This document shows positions 8,653-17,220 of a stretch of 64,000 nt of DNA, one piece after another (within the stretch, counting starts at the first letter, position 1; the number at the start of each line of letters is the position of its first letter). The notes under the pieces were generated by a model. It was not told the origin of the DNA. It was given only the letters and a program-made list of their open reading frames with translations, and did no database searches. Origin of the DNA: Terracidiphilus sp. (lineage in GTDB: Bacteria > Acidobacteriota > Terriglobia > Terriglobales > Acidobacteriaceae); the NCBI GenBank assembly GCA_035552475.1, contig DASZLE010000090.1, positions 35,486-99,485 of the forward strand, in the 5' to 3' direction. Position numbers and translations under genes: made by a program.

Positions 8653-9579
8653 TTATGCCAGCGCGGCGCCAGCCATTTTTTCCAACACGCGGATGGGTGC
8701 GGAGCCGGGGACGACCATGGCTGCGGGGTCGACGAGAAAAGTCTGTTCGAGGGCATACTGGCCGGCGAGAACGGCGTGGGGGACAGTCTCGGTGTAAACC
8801 ATCCAACTGGAACCGGGAGCGAACTGGAAATACTCGCGAGTGCAGACACCCTGGAATTCCGAGTCCTCCTTCATGGCGTTGTGGAGGCGCATCATGAACT
8901 CGTCGTAGGGGGTGCGCTTCCACTGGGGGACGAGGGCGGCGAGGCCGGTGGTCCTGGCGAGGGATTTGCCTGCGCGAGCCAGGGCCGAGTCGGGGCGAGG
9001 GACGGGCAAATGGGCGGGAGTGAAGTTGCCGATGACCCGCGGAAAGGGCTCGCCGACCACCCAGTCGCGGGTGCGGGTGGGATGGATGTTATGGAAGAAG
9101 CGAAGAATGCGCCAGCCGCGTGTGGGGCGGGTGGGAAATGCGTCGGTGTGGAGGAGGTCGTTGCGTCGGCGGACGGGGAGGTCGCGGCCCTGCTCCTCGA
9201 TGGGGCGGTAGCTGGCGTAGTCGAGGACCCAGCGCTTCTGGTAGGGCGCGAGAAAGCGGGCGAGGAAGCCTTCGACGGAGGCCGAGTAGCGGCGCATGAT
9301 GTCGTGGAGCTGGCGGACGGATTCCGGTGGAGAGGATTTGGCGTCGGCGCCGGTGAGCTCGTCGCGGATGGGCTTGTAGGCGATGTTTTTGTGGAGGGCG
9401 CTCCCGGTCTGGTGCTGGCCAAGGAGGAGATCGAGGTCGGCGGGGGGAATGGGGATGGGGGTGTGGGGAAAGTAGAGGATTTCGCCGGCTTCAAGGGCGG
9501 CACACCAGGCGCGGAGCTGATCGGGATCGGCGGCGAGCGCGGACTGGAGAGCCTCGGTCGAGATGGAATGAGCGGGCAT
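8653..9579 (-). CDS. Kdo hydroxylase family protein (KdoO-like Fe(II)/2OG dioxygenase)
   Basis: LEAGEILYFP, KNIAYKP, ASYRPIE, LLHTDAFPTRPTRGWRILRFFHNIHP, RTPYDEFMMRLHNAMK and VPHAVLAGQYALEQT match the KdoO family pattern. Confidence 0.85.
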   Translation of the reverse strand: MPAHSISTEALQSALAADPDQLRAWCAALEAGEILYFPHTPIPIPPADLDLLLGQHQTGSALHKNIAYKPIRDELTGADAKSSPPESVRQLHDIMRRYSASVEGFLARFLAPYQKRWVLDYASYRPIEEQGRDLPVRRRNDLLHTDAFPTRPTRGWRILRFFHNIHPTRTRDWVVGEPFPRVIGNFTPAHLPVPRPDSALARAGKSLARTTGLAALVPQWKRTPYDEFMMRLHNAMKEDSEFQGVCTREYFQFAPGSSWMVYTETVPHAVLAGQYALEQTFLVDPAAMVVPGSAPIRVLEKMAGAALA

Positions 9580-9587
9580 GGCGATAT

Positions 9588-9881
9588 CTATTTGAGGATT
9601 TTGGCCCGTATCCAAAGGGTGAGGAAGAAGGGCAGCGCGATGGCGAGCACGATGAGCGCAGCGGGAAAGCCGACGTAAAGGTAGGTGTCAGCGAAGTTGG
9701 GGTTATGCCCGGCGGCACGCAGGATGAGCATGACGAAGATGGCCACCATGGTGGTGACGCAGAAGGTGAAAAGGGAAGAGGCGAAGGAGAGGAGCAGCGA
9801 CGAAAAAAGGCCGAAGCCGCGGAGGGGGAATCCGAAGATGGCGCCGCCGGGGGTTCGCGTGTTTTGAACAGAATGAGACAT
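9588..9881 (-). CDS. Small membrane protein (2-3 TM), unknown function
   Basis: ORF from ATG 9881 is strongly hydrophobic and ends 8 nt before the kdoO-like start. Confidence 0.7.
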   Translation of the reverse strand: MSHSVQNTRTPGGAIFGFPLRGFGLFSSLLLSFASSLFTFCVTTMVAIFVMLILRAAGHNPNFADTYLYVGFPAALIVLAIALPFFLTLWIRAKILK

Positions 9882-9916
9882 GGGAAGTGGCCCTACTCGT
9901 CTAGAATACAGACTCG

Positions 9917-10666
9917 ATGGCACCGAGCGCACAGGTCGAACTTTGGCACGCGGAGAAGGTGGCCACCCAGGCTGAGGTGGGGGCCGGCGCGAATGGCATC
10001 CACTTTGCGCAGTGGGGCGATACGCGGATCTCCGATGCGGATCTGGAGCGCCTGGTGGGTGCGGTGCCGTCTTCGCTGGCGCCGGCGCTGATGAAGCGGG
10101 CCTACTATTTTGTGCCGCTGGCGATTGCCGACACGGGCGATACGATGCTTGCGCCAAGTTACACGGTGGACATGGGAGACCGCGCGGTGTGCCACCGGAA
10201 TGCGACGTTCGGCGCGACCGAGGCGGTATTTCTTTCCACGCGGCTGGTGGAGGACCGGTTCGGGCTGGCGTTTGAGTTCTTTATCAACGTGGCGCACAAC
10301 TTTGTGGAAGCGGCGGGAGTGCCGGAGAGCTTCGGCGGGCTGGCATGGTCGCAGGCGCAGGCGCAGGTGCGCGGCGAGACCAGCCAGGATGCGTGGGAGA
10401 CGCGGCGGCGCGCGCAGGAGATGCGGAACGGGCAGCGCACCGTGGACGAACGCGCGCGGAACCTGTACATCGAGTCGGCGTTCAGCGATGCGCTGGCGGT
10501 TTACATGCTGTCGCTGGCGGTGGATTTCGATTATCACGACTTGCGGGAGCGTGAGTATCCACTGCTGGCCGCGCCTGCGCTGGCCGAGCGGCTGCGGGCC
10601 GTGGCCGCGCTGTTTCCGGCCAATCCGGGATACGAGTTCCAAATCTCGTACCGGCGCAAGGGCTGA
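9917..10666 (+). CDS. Hypothetical protein
   Basis: 249-aa ORF with coding-like codon usage, divergent from the membrane-protein gene. Confidence 0.75.
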   Translation: MAPSAQVELWHAEKVATQAEVGAGANGIHFAQWGDTRISDADLERLVGAVPSSLAPALMKRAYYFVPLAIADTGDTMLAPSYTVDMGDRAVCHRNATFGATEAVFLSTRLVEDRFGLAFEFFINVAHNFVEAAGVPESFGGLAWSQAQAQVRGETSQDAWETRRRAQEMRNGQRTVDERARNLYIESAFSDALAVYMLSLAVDFDYHDLREREYPLLAAPALAERLRAVAALFPANPGYEFQISYRRKG

Positions 10667-10721
10667 GGCAGTTGTCAGTTGTCAGCTTGTCAGTTGCGGC
10701 TGGCCCCGGATGCGATAACAA

Positions 10722-12068
10722 TCAGCTCGCATAGAGATTTCGGTCGACAAATTCATTGCGCAACTTGCCAGCGGGATCGTGCGCGGTTATCAGCGCTTTG
10801 AAATCGCCGATACGCGGATATTGCGCTTCAATCTGCGCGGGCGGAATGGTGAAAAGCTTGGCCCAGTGCGGGCGCGGGTTGAAGGGCTTGAGCGCGGCTT
10901 CAATCTGCGGCAGAACTTCGCGGACCTGGGGCCACTCGGGCTTCCATGTGAAGTGAATGGCGAGCGACGGGCGCTGGTACGCCATGCTCATCCACAGGTC
11001 GTCGGCGGCGATGGTGCGGAGCTCGGTTACGAAAAGATGCGGCGTGATCTGGTCGCGCAGCTTTTCGACGGCGAGGATGGCTTCATAGGCGCGATCGAAG
11101 GGGACGAAGTACTCGGTCTGGAGCTCGCGGCCACTGGATGGGGTGAAGTTCATCTTGAAATGCGGCAGGCGCTCGTACCACGGGCCGGGAATGCCCTGCT
11201 GCTCGGTGCAGGCTTCGGCGGAGTGGCCTTCGATGGGATGCAGTTTCACAGTTGCGAGACGGGCGCTGTAAAACTCCTTTGGCCAGTCATTGCTGACGCC
11301 CGGTGCGAGGCGGCGCTTGATCCAGACTTGCGTGGCGCGATGATTCTGCCAGTCGGTGAAGAGGCTCACGCTGTAGCCGGCGCCGAAAATGTCGGCGAGG
11401 TTGTGGCGGAGCTGATCGAAAGACAGGTCCTGATAGACGGACTGCGCGACCTGGAACGTGGGCTGCAGGTTGAGCGTGACGCGGGTGACGATGCCGGCGG
11501 CGCCGAGGGCCACCACGGAACCGATGAATTGCTCGCCATCCTTCTCGCGCGAGAGATGGAGCAGATCTCCATTGGCGGTGACGAGCTCGAGTGCGGCGAC
11601 GGCGGTGGCGAGATTGCCGTTGTGCAGGCCGGAGCCGTGCGTTGCGGTGGAGATGGCGCCGGCGACGGAGATGTGCGGCAGCGAGGCGAGATTATGGAGC
11701 GCGTAGCCGCGGGCGTCGATGACGGGCGCGAGCTGGCCATACTTGGTCCCCGCGCCGACGGCGACGGTGCGCGATTTTTCGTCGATGTCAATGGAGTTGA
11801 GATGCTCAAGCGAGACCTGGTTGTAGCGGCTGTCGGCGATGGCGCTGAAGGAGTGGCGGGAGCCAAGCGCGCGAAGATGGTCGCAGCGCTTTACCACGGC
11901 GCGGACTTCGTCCACGGTGGCTGGCGTGAAGAGATGGTTGGTGGAGTAAGTGAGATTGCCGGCCCAGTTCTGGCGCGGAGCGGGCTTCGGCTGAGCAGGG
12001 GCGAGGCGTGTGAACACGCCGGCTGCGGCGACTGCGGCGGTGGACTTGAGGAATTCGCGCTTGTCCAT
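10722..12068 (-). CDS. FAD-linked oxidase, alditol/xylitol oxidase (aldonolactone oxidase family), with Tat-like signal
   Basis: NWAGN, GSRHSF (covalent FAD His), LHNLASLPHISVAGA..TATHGSG, ELQTEYF, RPHWAK; N-terminus MDKREFLK. Confidence 0.88.
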   Translation of the reverse strand: MDKREFLKSTAAVAAAGVFTRLAPAQPKPAPRQNWAGNLTYSTNHLFTPATVDEVRAVVKRCDHLRALGSRHSFSAIADSRYNQVSLEHLNSIDIDEKSRTVAVGAGTKYGQLAPVIDARGYALHNLASLPHISVAGAISTATHGSGLHNGNLATAVAALELVTANGDLLHLSREKDGEQFIGSVVALGAAGIVTRVTLNLQPTFQVAQSVYQDLSFDQLRHNLADIFGAGYSVSLFTDWQNHRATQVWIKRRLAPGVSNDWPKEFYSARLATVKLHPIEGHSAEACTEQQGIPGPWYERLPHFKMNFTPSSGRELQTEYFVPFDRAYEAILAVEKLRDQITPHLFVTELRTIAADDLWMSMAYQRPSLAIHFTWKPEWPQVREVLPQIEAALKPFNPRPHWAKLFTIPPAQIEAQYPRIGDFKALITAHDPAGKLRNEFVDRNLYAS

Positions 12069-12084
12069 GGTTGGATGACCTCAC

Positions 12085-12480
12085 TCAGATCGGCATGAGC
12101 GCAATGCGGCCGCCGCCGGTACACAGGATAACGAGGTTCATGACTACGAAGATCAGATCGTAATGCCATCCGTACGTCTTGTCACCCCAGAAGCCGGTCT
12201 TCCACACGACGATCTTCTTGTAAATCGCGCCCATCGAAAGCAGGATGATCCCCAGGGCGGCCCACTGTGTCAGAACGCCGAAGGCAAGCCCGAGCGCCCC
12301 GGCCACCTCGGCCATGCCGAGGAAGACGGTGAATCCCACGCTCATGCCGATGCTTTCTGCTCTCTGGCGCGGAGATTTCAGATGGCCATAGCCGCTGGTT
12401 CCGAAGACAAGCGCGACCATCAGGCGCAGGAGAAACAGGCTCAGGCCGGCAAAGTGGGATGCGCCAGGAATGGGGAACAT
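12085..12480 (-). CDS. DoxX family membrane protein
   Basis: LLRL...F..SG..H, AEVAGALGLAFGVLT, GW.YD, TGGG; four TM segments. Confidence 0.85.
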   Translation of the reverse strand: MFPIPGASHFAGLSLFLLRLMVALVFGTSGYGHLKSPRQRAESIGMSVGFTVFLGMAEVAGALGLAFGVLTQWAALGIILLSMGAIYKKIVVWKTGFWGDKTYGWHYDLIFVVMNLVILCTGGGRIALMPI

Positions 12481-12547
12481 GGCCGGGCCTCCTCGACCGA
12501 CCTTAGGCTATCGCAAGCGGCGCGCAATGAGGAAAAAGATTCTTGCA

Positions 12548-13846
12548 TTACGCCGAGGTGTACGCGATGCGGCCTTCGCTGATGGTCCAGCGGACTTTGC
12601 CCTGCATGGGCCAGCCGTCGAATGGAGTGTTTTTCGATTTCGATTTGCCTTCGGTGACGTGGTATGTCCACTGGGTTTTGGGATCGAAAATGACGACGTC
12701 CGCGGCGCTGCCCACGGTGAGCGTACCGCGGCCCTTGAGGCCGAGGACTGCAGCTGGCTGGGCGCTGAGCAGGCTGAGGACGCGGCCAAGCGGCAACTTC
12801 CACTCCGTGTGCAGCCAGCGCAGGCAGAGGCCGAGAGCAGTTTCAAGGCCGATGATGCCGTTGGGCGCGCGCTCGAACTCGACTTCTTTCTCGTGCGTGG
12901 CGTGGGGCGCGTGATCGGTGGCGATGGCGTCGACCACGCCGTCGAGGATGGCCTCGACCATGGCGTCGCGATCGGCGGCGGAGCGCAGCGGGGGGTTCAT
13001 CTTGGCGTGGGTGTCGTAGAGGCCCACGTGCTCGTCGGTGAGCAGGAAGTGGTGCGGCGCCACCTCACAGGTTACGCGGAGGCCGTTGCGGCGCGCCTGG
13101 CGCACAGCGGCAATGGCGGCGGCAGTTGAGGTGTGCGCCACGTGCAAATGCGGCCGCACGTCGCGCAATTCGGCTACCATGCGGATGTCGCGCTCCACCA
13201 TGCCGGATTCGGCTTCGGCGGGCATGCCGCGCAGGCCCAGGCGAAACGCGACCGGTCCGGCGTTCATCGCCGCGCCTAGCGTGAGGCGCGTGTCTTCGGC
13301 ATGCTGGATCACGCTCAATCCTGCCCGCCCGGCGGCGGCAAGGGTCTCGCGCATGATGGAGTCTTTAAGGATGGGATGACCATCGTCAGTGACGGCGACG
13401 GCGCCGGCGGATTTGAGGGCAGCGAAGTCGTTCAGCGCTTCGCCTTTGGACCCACGCGTGGCGGCGGCGATGGGGAAAACGCGGACATGGGCGCCGCGTT
13501 CGGGCGCCTGCATCCACCGGGTGATCTCGACGGTGTCGTTCACCGGAATGGTGTTGGGCATGGCGGCCACGGCGGTGAATCCGCCGGCGGCGGCGGCAGC
13601 GGTTCCGGTGGCGATGGTCTCCTTGTACCCCTGGCCCGGCTCGCGCAGGTGTACGTGAATGTCGATGAGGCCGGGCGCGACCACGAGGCCGGCGGCATCA
13701 AGCGACTGGACACCCTCGGCCTGCCTGAGTTTGCCGGGCGAGGCCACTTCGGCGACTTTGCCGTCCTTGAGCAGGATGTCTTTGCCGGCGTCGACACCGG
13801 CTGCGGGATCAATGAGGTGGCCGTTGAGGATGGCGATTGTAGTCAT
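12548..13846 (-). CDS. pyrC: Dihydroorotase
   Basis: PGLIDIHVHLREPG, MPNT, KMNPPLR, IATDHAPH, SKSKNTPF. Confidence 0.95.
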   Translation of the reverse strand: MTTIAILNGHLIDPAAGVDAGKDILLKDGKVAEVASPGKLRQAEGVQSLDAAGLVVAPGLIDIHVHLREPGQGYKETIATGTAAAAAGGFTAVAAMPNTIPVNDTVEITRWMQAPERGAHVRVFPIAAATRGSKGEALNDFAALKSAGAVAVTDDGHPILKDSIMRETLAAAGRAGLSVIQHAEDTRLTLGAAMNAGPVAFRLGLRGMPAEAESGMVERDIRMVAELRDVRPHLHVAHTSTAAAIAAVRQARRNGLRVTCEVAPHHFLLTDEHVGLYDTHAKMNPPLRSAADRDAMVEAILDGVVDAIATDHAPHATHEKEVEFERAPNGIIGLETALGLCLRWLHTEWKLPLGRVLSLLSAQPAAVLGLKGRGTLTVGSAADVVIFDPKTQWTYHVTEGKSKSKNTPFDGWPMQGKVRWTISEGRIAYTSA

Positions 13847-14859
13847 GCGCGGCCTCCTGCGGTTGCGGTGAGCGCGCGTTCCACCACGGCCATCCGAATC
13901 GCAACTCCGTTCGTGATCTGCTCGAGGATCCGCGATTGTGCGCCGTCGGCCACGCCGCCGGTGATTTCAAGGCCGCGGATGATAGGTCCGGGATGAAGCA
14001 CGATTGCCTCCGGAGCGAGTGTGCGCAGGCGGTCTCCGGTGAGCTGGTAGCTGGCCTTGTATTCGTCCAGGTCAAGCTGCAGTCCGGCGAGACGCTCGGC
14101 CTGGATGCGCAGCATCATGACCACCTGAGACCGGTGCAGTGCAGCTTCAAAGTCGCGTTCGATTTCGATTCCCGGGCCCGAGCCGATGGCCAGTTCAGGC
14201 AGAAGTTCCTTCGGCCCGCAGAGAAGCACGCGCGCACCCAGCCGAGGCAGCAGCAGCATGTTGGAGCGGGCCACCCGGCTGTGCAGGATGTCGCCGGTGA
14301 TGAGGACGGTGACGCCGGCAAGGGTTTCGGGGCCGACTTCGGTGACGCCGTGACGGAGGTTGGCCAGAATGGTGCGCAGATCGAGCAGCGCCTGGGTGGG
14401 ATGCTCGTGCATGCCGTCGCCCGCGTTGATCACCGGCAGGCGCGTGGCCTCTTCCAGCAGCCAGGGCGCGCCGGAGGAGTTGTGCCGGAGGATGATGGCC
14501 TCGACCCCAAGCGCGCGGAGAGTGAGCCCGGTATCCTTCAGTGACTCGCCCTTCTCGATGCTCGACGACAGGCTCGACACCAGCGTGGTGTCTGCGCCGA
14601 GGGCCTTGGCGGCAAGCTCAAAGCTGGTGCGCGTGCGCGTGGACGACTCGTAGAAGAGCAGCGCAACTTTGCGCTTGGCCAGTATGCGATCGCGAATCAC
14701 CGGATCGTCGAGGTCGAGCTCGGTAGCGCGGCGGAGAACGCGGTTGAGGGCGACGCGATCAAGGTCGTTGACCGAGAGCAGGGAGCCCGGATGGCGAGGC
14801 AAAAACGGTGCGCAGGCAGGCGGATAGGTAAGAGTGCGGCGAGCGGTGGCAGGGCTCAT
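13843..14859 (-). CDS. pyrB: Aspartate carbamoyltransferase catalytic subunit
   Basis: FYESSTRTRTSFE, NAGDG.HEHPTQALLD, GDILHSRVARS, LHPGP. Confidence 0.96.
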   Translation of the reverse strand: MSPATARRTLTYPPACAPFLPRHPGSLLSVNDLDRVALNRVLRRATELDLDDPVIRDRILAKRKVALLFYESSTRTRTSFELAAKALGADTTLVSSLSSSIEKGESLKDTGLTLRALGVEAIILRHNSSGAPWLLEEATRLPVINAGDGMHEHPTQALLDLRTILANLRHGVTEVGPETLAGVTVLITGDILHSRVARSNMLLLPRLGARVLLCGPKELLPELAIGSGPGIEIERDFEAALHRSQVVMMLRIQAERLAGLQLDLDEYKASYQLTGDRLRTLAPEAIVLHPGPIIRGLEITGGVADGAQSRILEQITNGVAIRMAVVERALTATAGGRA

Positions 14860-14864
14860 AAGAC

Positions 14865-15036
14865 CAGCTTCTAGCTACTAGCTTCTAGCCTCTAGCTCTC
14901 GGCTGGAGGGTAGTCACCGGAAGATCGGCGATTCGGGTCGACCTGTGTCAGACTATCGTCCCCAGACCTTGGCATCGATTCCAGCATTCGGTTCGGATCA
15001 AACAACTAGAAGCTAGGAGCTAGTAGCCAGAAGCTG
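14865..15036. repeat. Inverted pair of heptamer (AGCTTCT-like) tandem arrays spanning the pyrR-pyrB spacer
   Basis: AGCTTCT AGCTACT AGCTTCT AGCCTCT (14866-14893) versus AGAAGCT AGGAGCT AGTAGCC AGAAGCT (15008-15035). Confidence 0.8.
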
Positions 15037-15041
15037 TTCGT

Positions 15042-15611
15042 TCAGTCCCCGCGTTCAACGAGCAGAACCTGCTCGTCGTTGTCCACTTCCTGAAACTTCA
15101 CTTCAATGATCTCGCGGCTGCTGGTGGGCACGTGTTTGCCGACGTAGGTGGCCTCGATGGGCAGCTCGCGATGGCCGCGGTCGATGAGCACGGCAAGCTG
15201 CACGCGGCGGGGACGGCCATGATCGAAAAGTGCGTCCAGCGCGGCGCGGATGGTGCGCCCGGTGTAGAGCACGTCGTCGCAGAGCACCACGTCTTTGCCG
15301 ACGATGTCGCAACCGATGGCGCCCGGCGTGACGATGGGGCGGACATCGGCGGTGGTCAGGTCGTCGCGGTAGAACTGGATGTCGAGAACGCCGGTTTCGA
15401 CCGGGCACTTCTCGATACTGGAGATTAGACGGCCCAGGCGTTGAGCCAGGGGAACGCCCCGGCGCTTGATGCCGATCAGCACCATGTCTTTGCAGCCGTT
15501 ACTCTTCTCCACCACCTCGTGGGCCAGGCGCACCAGCGTGCGCTCGATCTCGGAGGCGGACATCAGCCTGCCCTTGGTGCGCAGGGGGTGTTTCACTTCA
15601 GCTTCGCTCAT
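15042..15611 (-). CDS. pyrR: Bifunctional pyr regulator/uracil phosphoribosyltransferase
   Basis: GIKRRGVPLA, LDIQFYRDD, DDVLYTGRTIRAA, LIDRGHRELPI. Confidence 0.95.
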   Translation of the reverse strand: MSEAEVKHPLRTKGRLMSASEIERTLVRLAHEVVEKSNGCKDMVLIGIKRRGVPLAQRLGRLISSIEKCPVETGVLDIQFYRDDLTTADVRPIVTPGAIGCDIVGKDVVLCDDVLYTGRTIRAALDALFDHGRPRRVQLAVLIDRGHRELPIEATYVGKHVPTSSREIIEVKFQEVDNDEQVLLVERGD

Positions 15612-15719
15612 CGAATGTAGTCCCGCTGTGTCTCTCGACGGATGATACGAGGCGGAGCAGGGGCGCTGCAAGTGAACAACAAACGGCGGTAGGGAAAAGG
15701 CACGCCTGTTCCTGCTCTC

Positions 15720-16388
15720 TTACACTTCCGGATTGCGAGAGCGGTCGACCAGGCGGGCGCCCAGCGCGCCCCCGGCAGCCGCAAACCCCAGCAGCGTGAT
15801 CTCCAGGGCTACGATAATCGTCAACATGAATCCCGCGCGCCCTTCCGGAGACAGCATCAGGCTTCGGATTGCATTCAGCGCCTGCAAATCGGCGCTCATG
15901 GCCTGCGTCTGCTGCTGAACGCTCTGGTTCACGACCCCCTGCCACATCTGGTCAAAAGCTTCTCCCTGGTGAAGCCAGAAGCGGGCGCAGAAAAAGGCCA
16001 CGGCCGTGGCGGCGAAAGCCATCCATCCGGAGATGAGGCCGGTCACCAGGCCGATGCGGGCGCCGGCGCCCGCGGTGATCCAGGATGAGGGCTGGCGCCG
16101 CACATAGAGGCTGACCGCCCAGGCTGCGGCCGCCGCCGTCCAAAACAACCCCACGGGAGCAAAGCCAAACGAGAGCAGCCCCGCGGGAACCGCCAGAAGC
16201 AAGGCCGCGCGTAACGCAGACCGCCACTCCACGGTATTGGCATCGCGGACGGTTGCCATCCCGCGCTCAAGCTGGACCGGCCCGCCGGGATCCTCACTGG
16301 AATAGACAAGCTGAGGCAAACCACAAGCGGCACAGAAGCAACTATCCGCCGGAACGGCCTGATGACAACGGCTGCAGTTCATCTCCAT
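15720..16388 (-). CDS. Zinc-ribbon-containing membrane protein
   Basis: N-terminal CSRC...CAAC followed by several TM helices. Confidence 0.75.
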   Translation of the reverse strand: MEMNCSRCHQAVPADSCFCAACGLPQLVYSSEDPGGPVQLERGMATVRDANTVEWRSALRAALLLAVPAGLLSFGFAPVGLFWTAAAAAWAVSLYVRRQPSSWITAGAGARIGLVTGLISGWMAFAATAVAFFCARFWLHQGEAFDQMWQGVVNQSVQQQTQAMSADLQALNAIRSLMLSPEGRAGFMLTIIVALEITLLGFAAAGGALGARLVDRSRNPEV

Positions 16389-16494
16389 CTACACACTGAG
16401 CCTATAGCATCCACGCGGAATATGCGCGGCAGCCGCCGAGGCTCGCCGCATTCCGCAGCTTCGGGCACCGTATTCTCGCTGTAAGATGTGCGTT

Positions 16495-17220
16495 TTACGC
16501 CGGGGCAGCGCTGTCCTCGAGCTTCTCCGCCACAATTGCCTCGGCCGCTCTAACCGCTTCGTCCAGGGTCATGTAGGTGGAGTCGAGCAGCACGGAATCC
16601 GCCGCCGGCCGCAGCGGAGATTCCACGCGGTTGCGGTCGCGCTGGTCGCGTTCGCGCAGCTCGCGGATCACCTCTTCAGGCTGCTGCTCAGGCGTTGCGC
16701 CGAGCTGGTCGAAACGGCGCAGCCCGCGCACTTCCGGAGCGGCGTCAAGGAAGATCTTGGCTTCGGCCTGCGGAAAGACGACGGTGCCAATGTCGCGGCC
16801 CTCCATCACGATGCCGCCCTCGGCGCCGAGCTCCTGCTGACGCTGGACCATCCAGGCGCGGATGGCAGGAACGGTGCTCACGCGGCTGGCAGCATCGGTC
16901 ACGGTAGGATTGCGCAACTGGCCCGTCACATCTTCGCCATCCAGCAGGACCCGGTTTTCATCCGTGCCCGGTTCCAGGCGAATGGCGGTTTCGTGTGTGA
17001 GCGCCTGCAATGAAGCAGGATCATCCAGCGCCACGCCGAGCCGCAGCGCTTTGAGGGCGAAGGCACGGTACATGGCGCCGGTTTCCAGATTTAGCAAGCC
17101 GAAGTGACGCGCCAGGTGACGCGCAATGGTACTCTTGCCGGCTCCAGCCGGCCCGTCGATGGCTACGATGATCCTGCGCCTTGGCGCCTGGGGGTGAGTG
17201 GAATTCGCCTCCGGGGTCAT
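16495..17220 (-). CDS. cmk: Cytidylate kinase
   Basis: IDGPAGAGKST, TGAMYRA, MEGRDIGTVVFP, ERDQRDRNR..SPL. Confidence 0.96.
   Translation of the reverse strand: MTPEANSTHPQAPRRRIIVAIDGPAGAGKSTIARHLARHFGLLNLETGAMYRAFALKALRLGVALDDPASLQALTHETAIRLEPGTDENRVLLDGEDVTGQLRNPTVTDAASRVSTVPAIRAWMVQRQQELGAEGGIVMEGRDIGTVVFPQAEAKIFLDAAPEVRGLRRFDQLGATPEQQPEEVIRELRERDQRDRNRVESPLRPAADSVLLDSTYMTLDEAVRAAEAIVAEKLEDSAAPA

Noticed and set aside
15612-15719. PyrR-binding attenuator upstream of pyrR
   Set aside because: No ARUCCNGNGAGGYU loop or terminator/antiterminator pair could be found.
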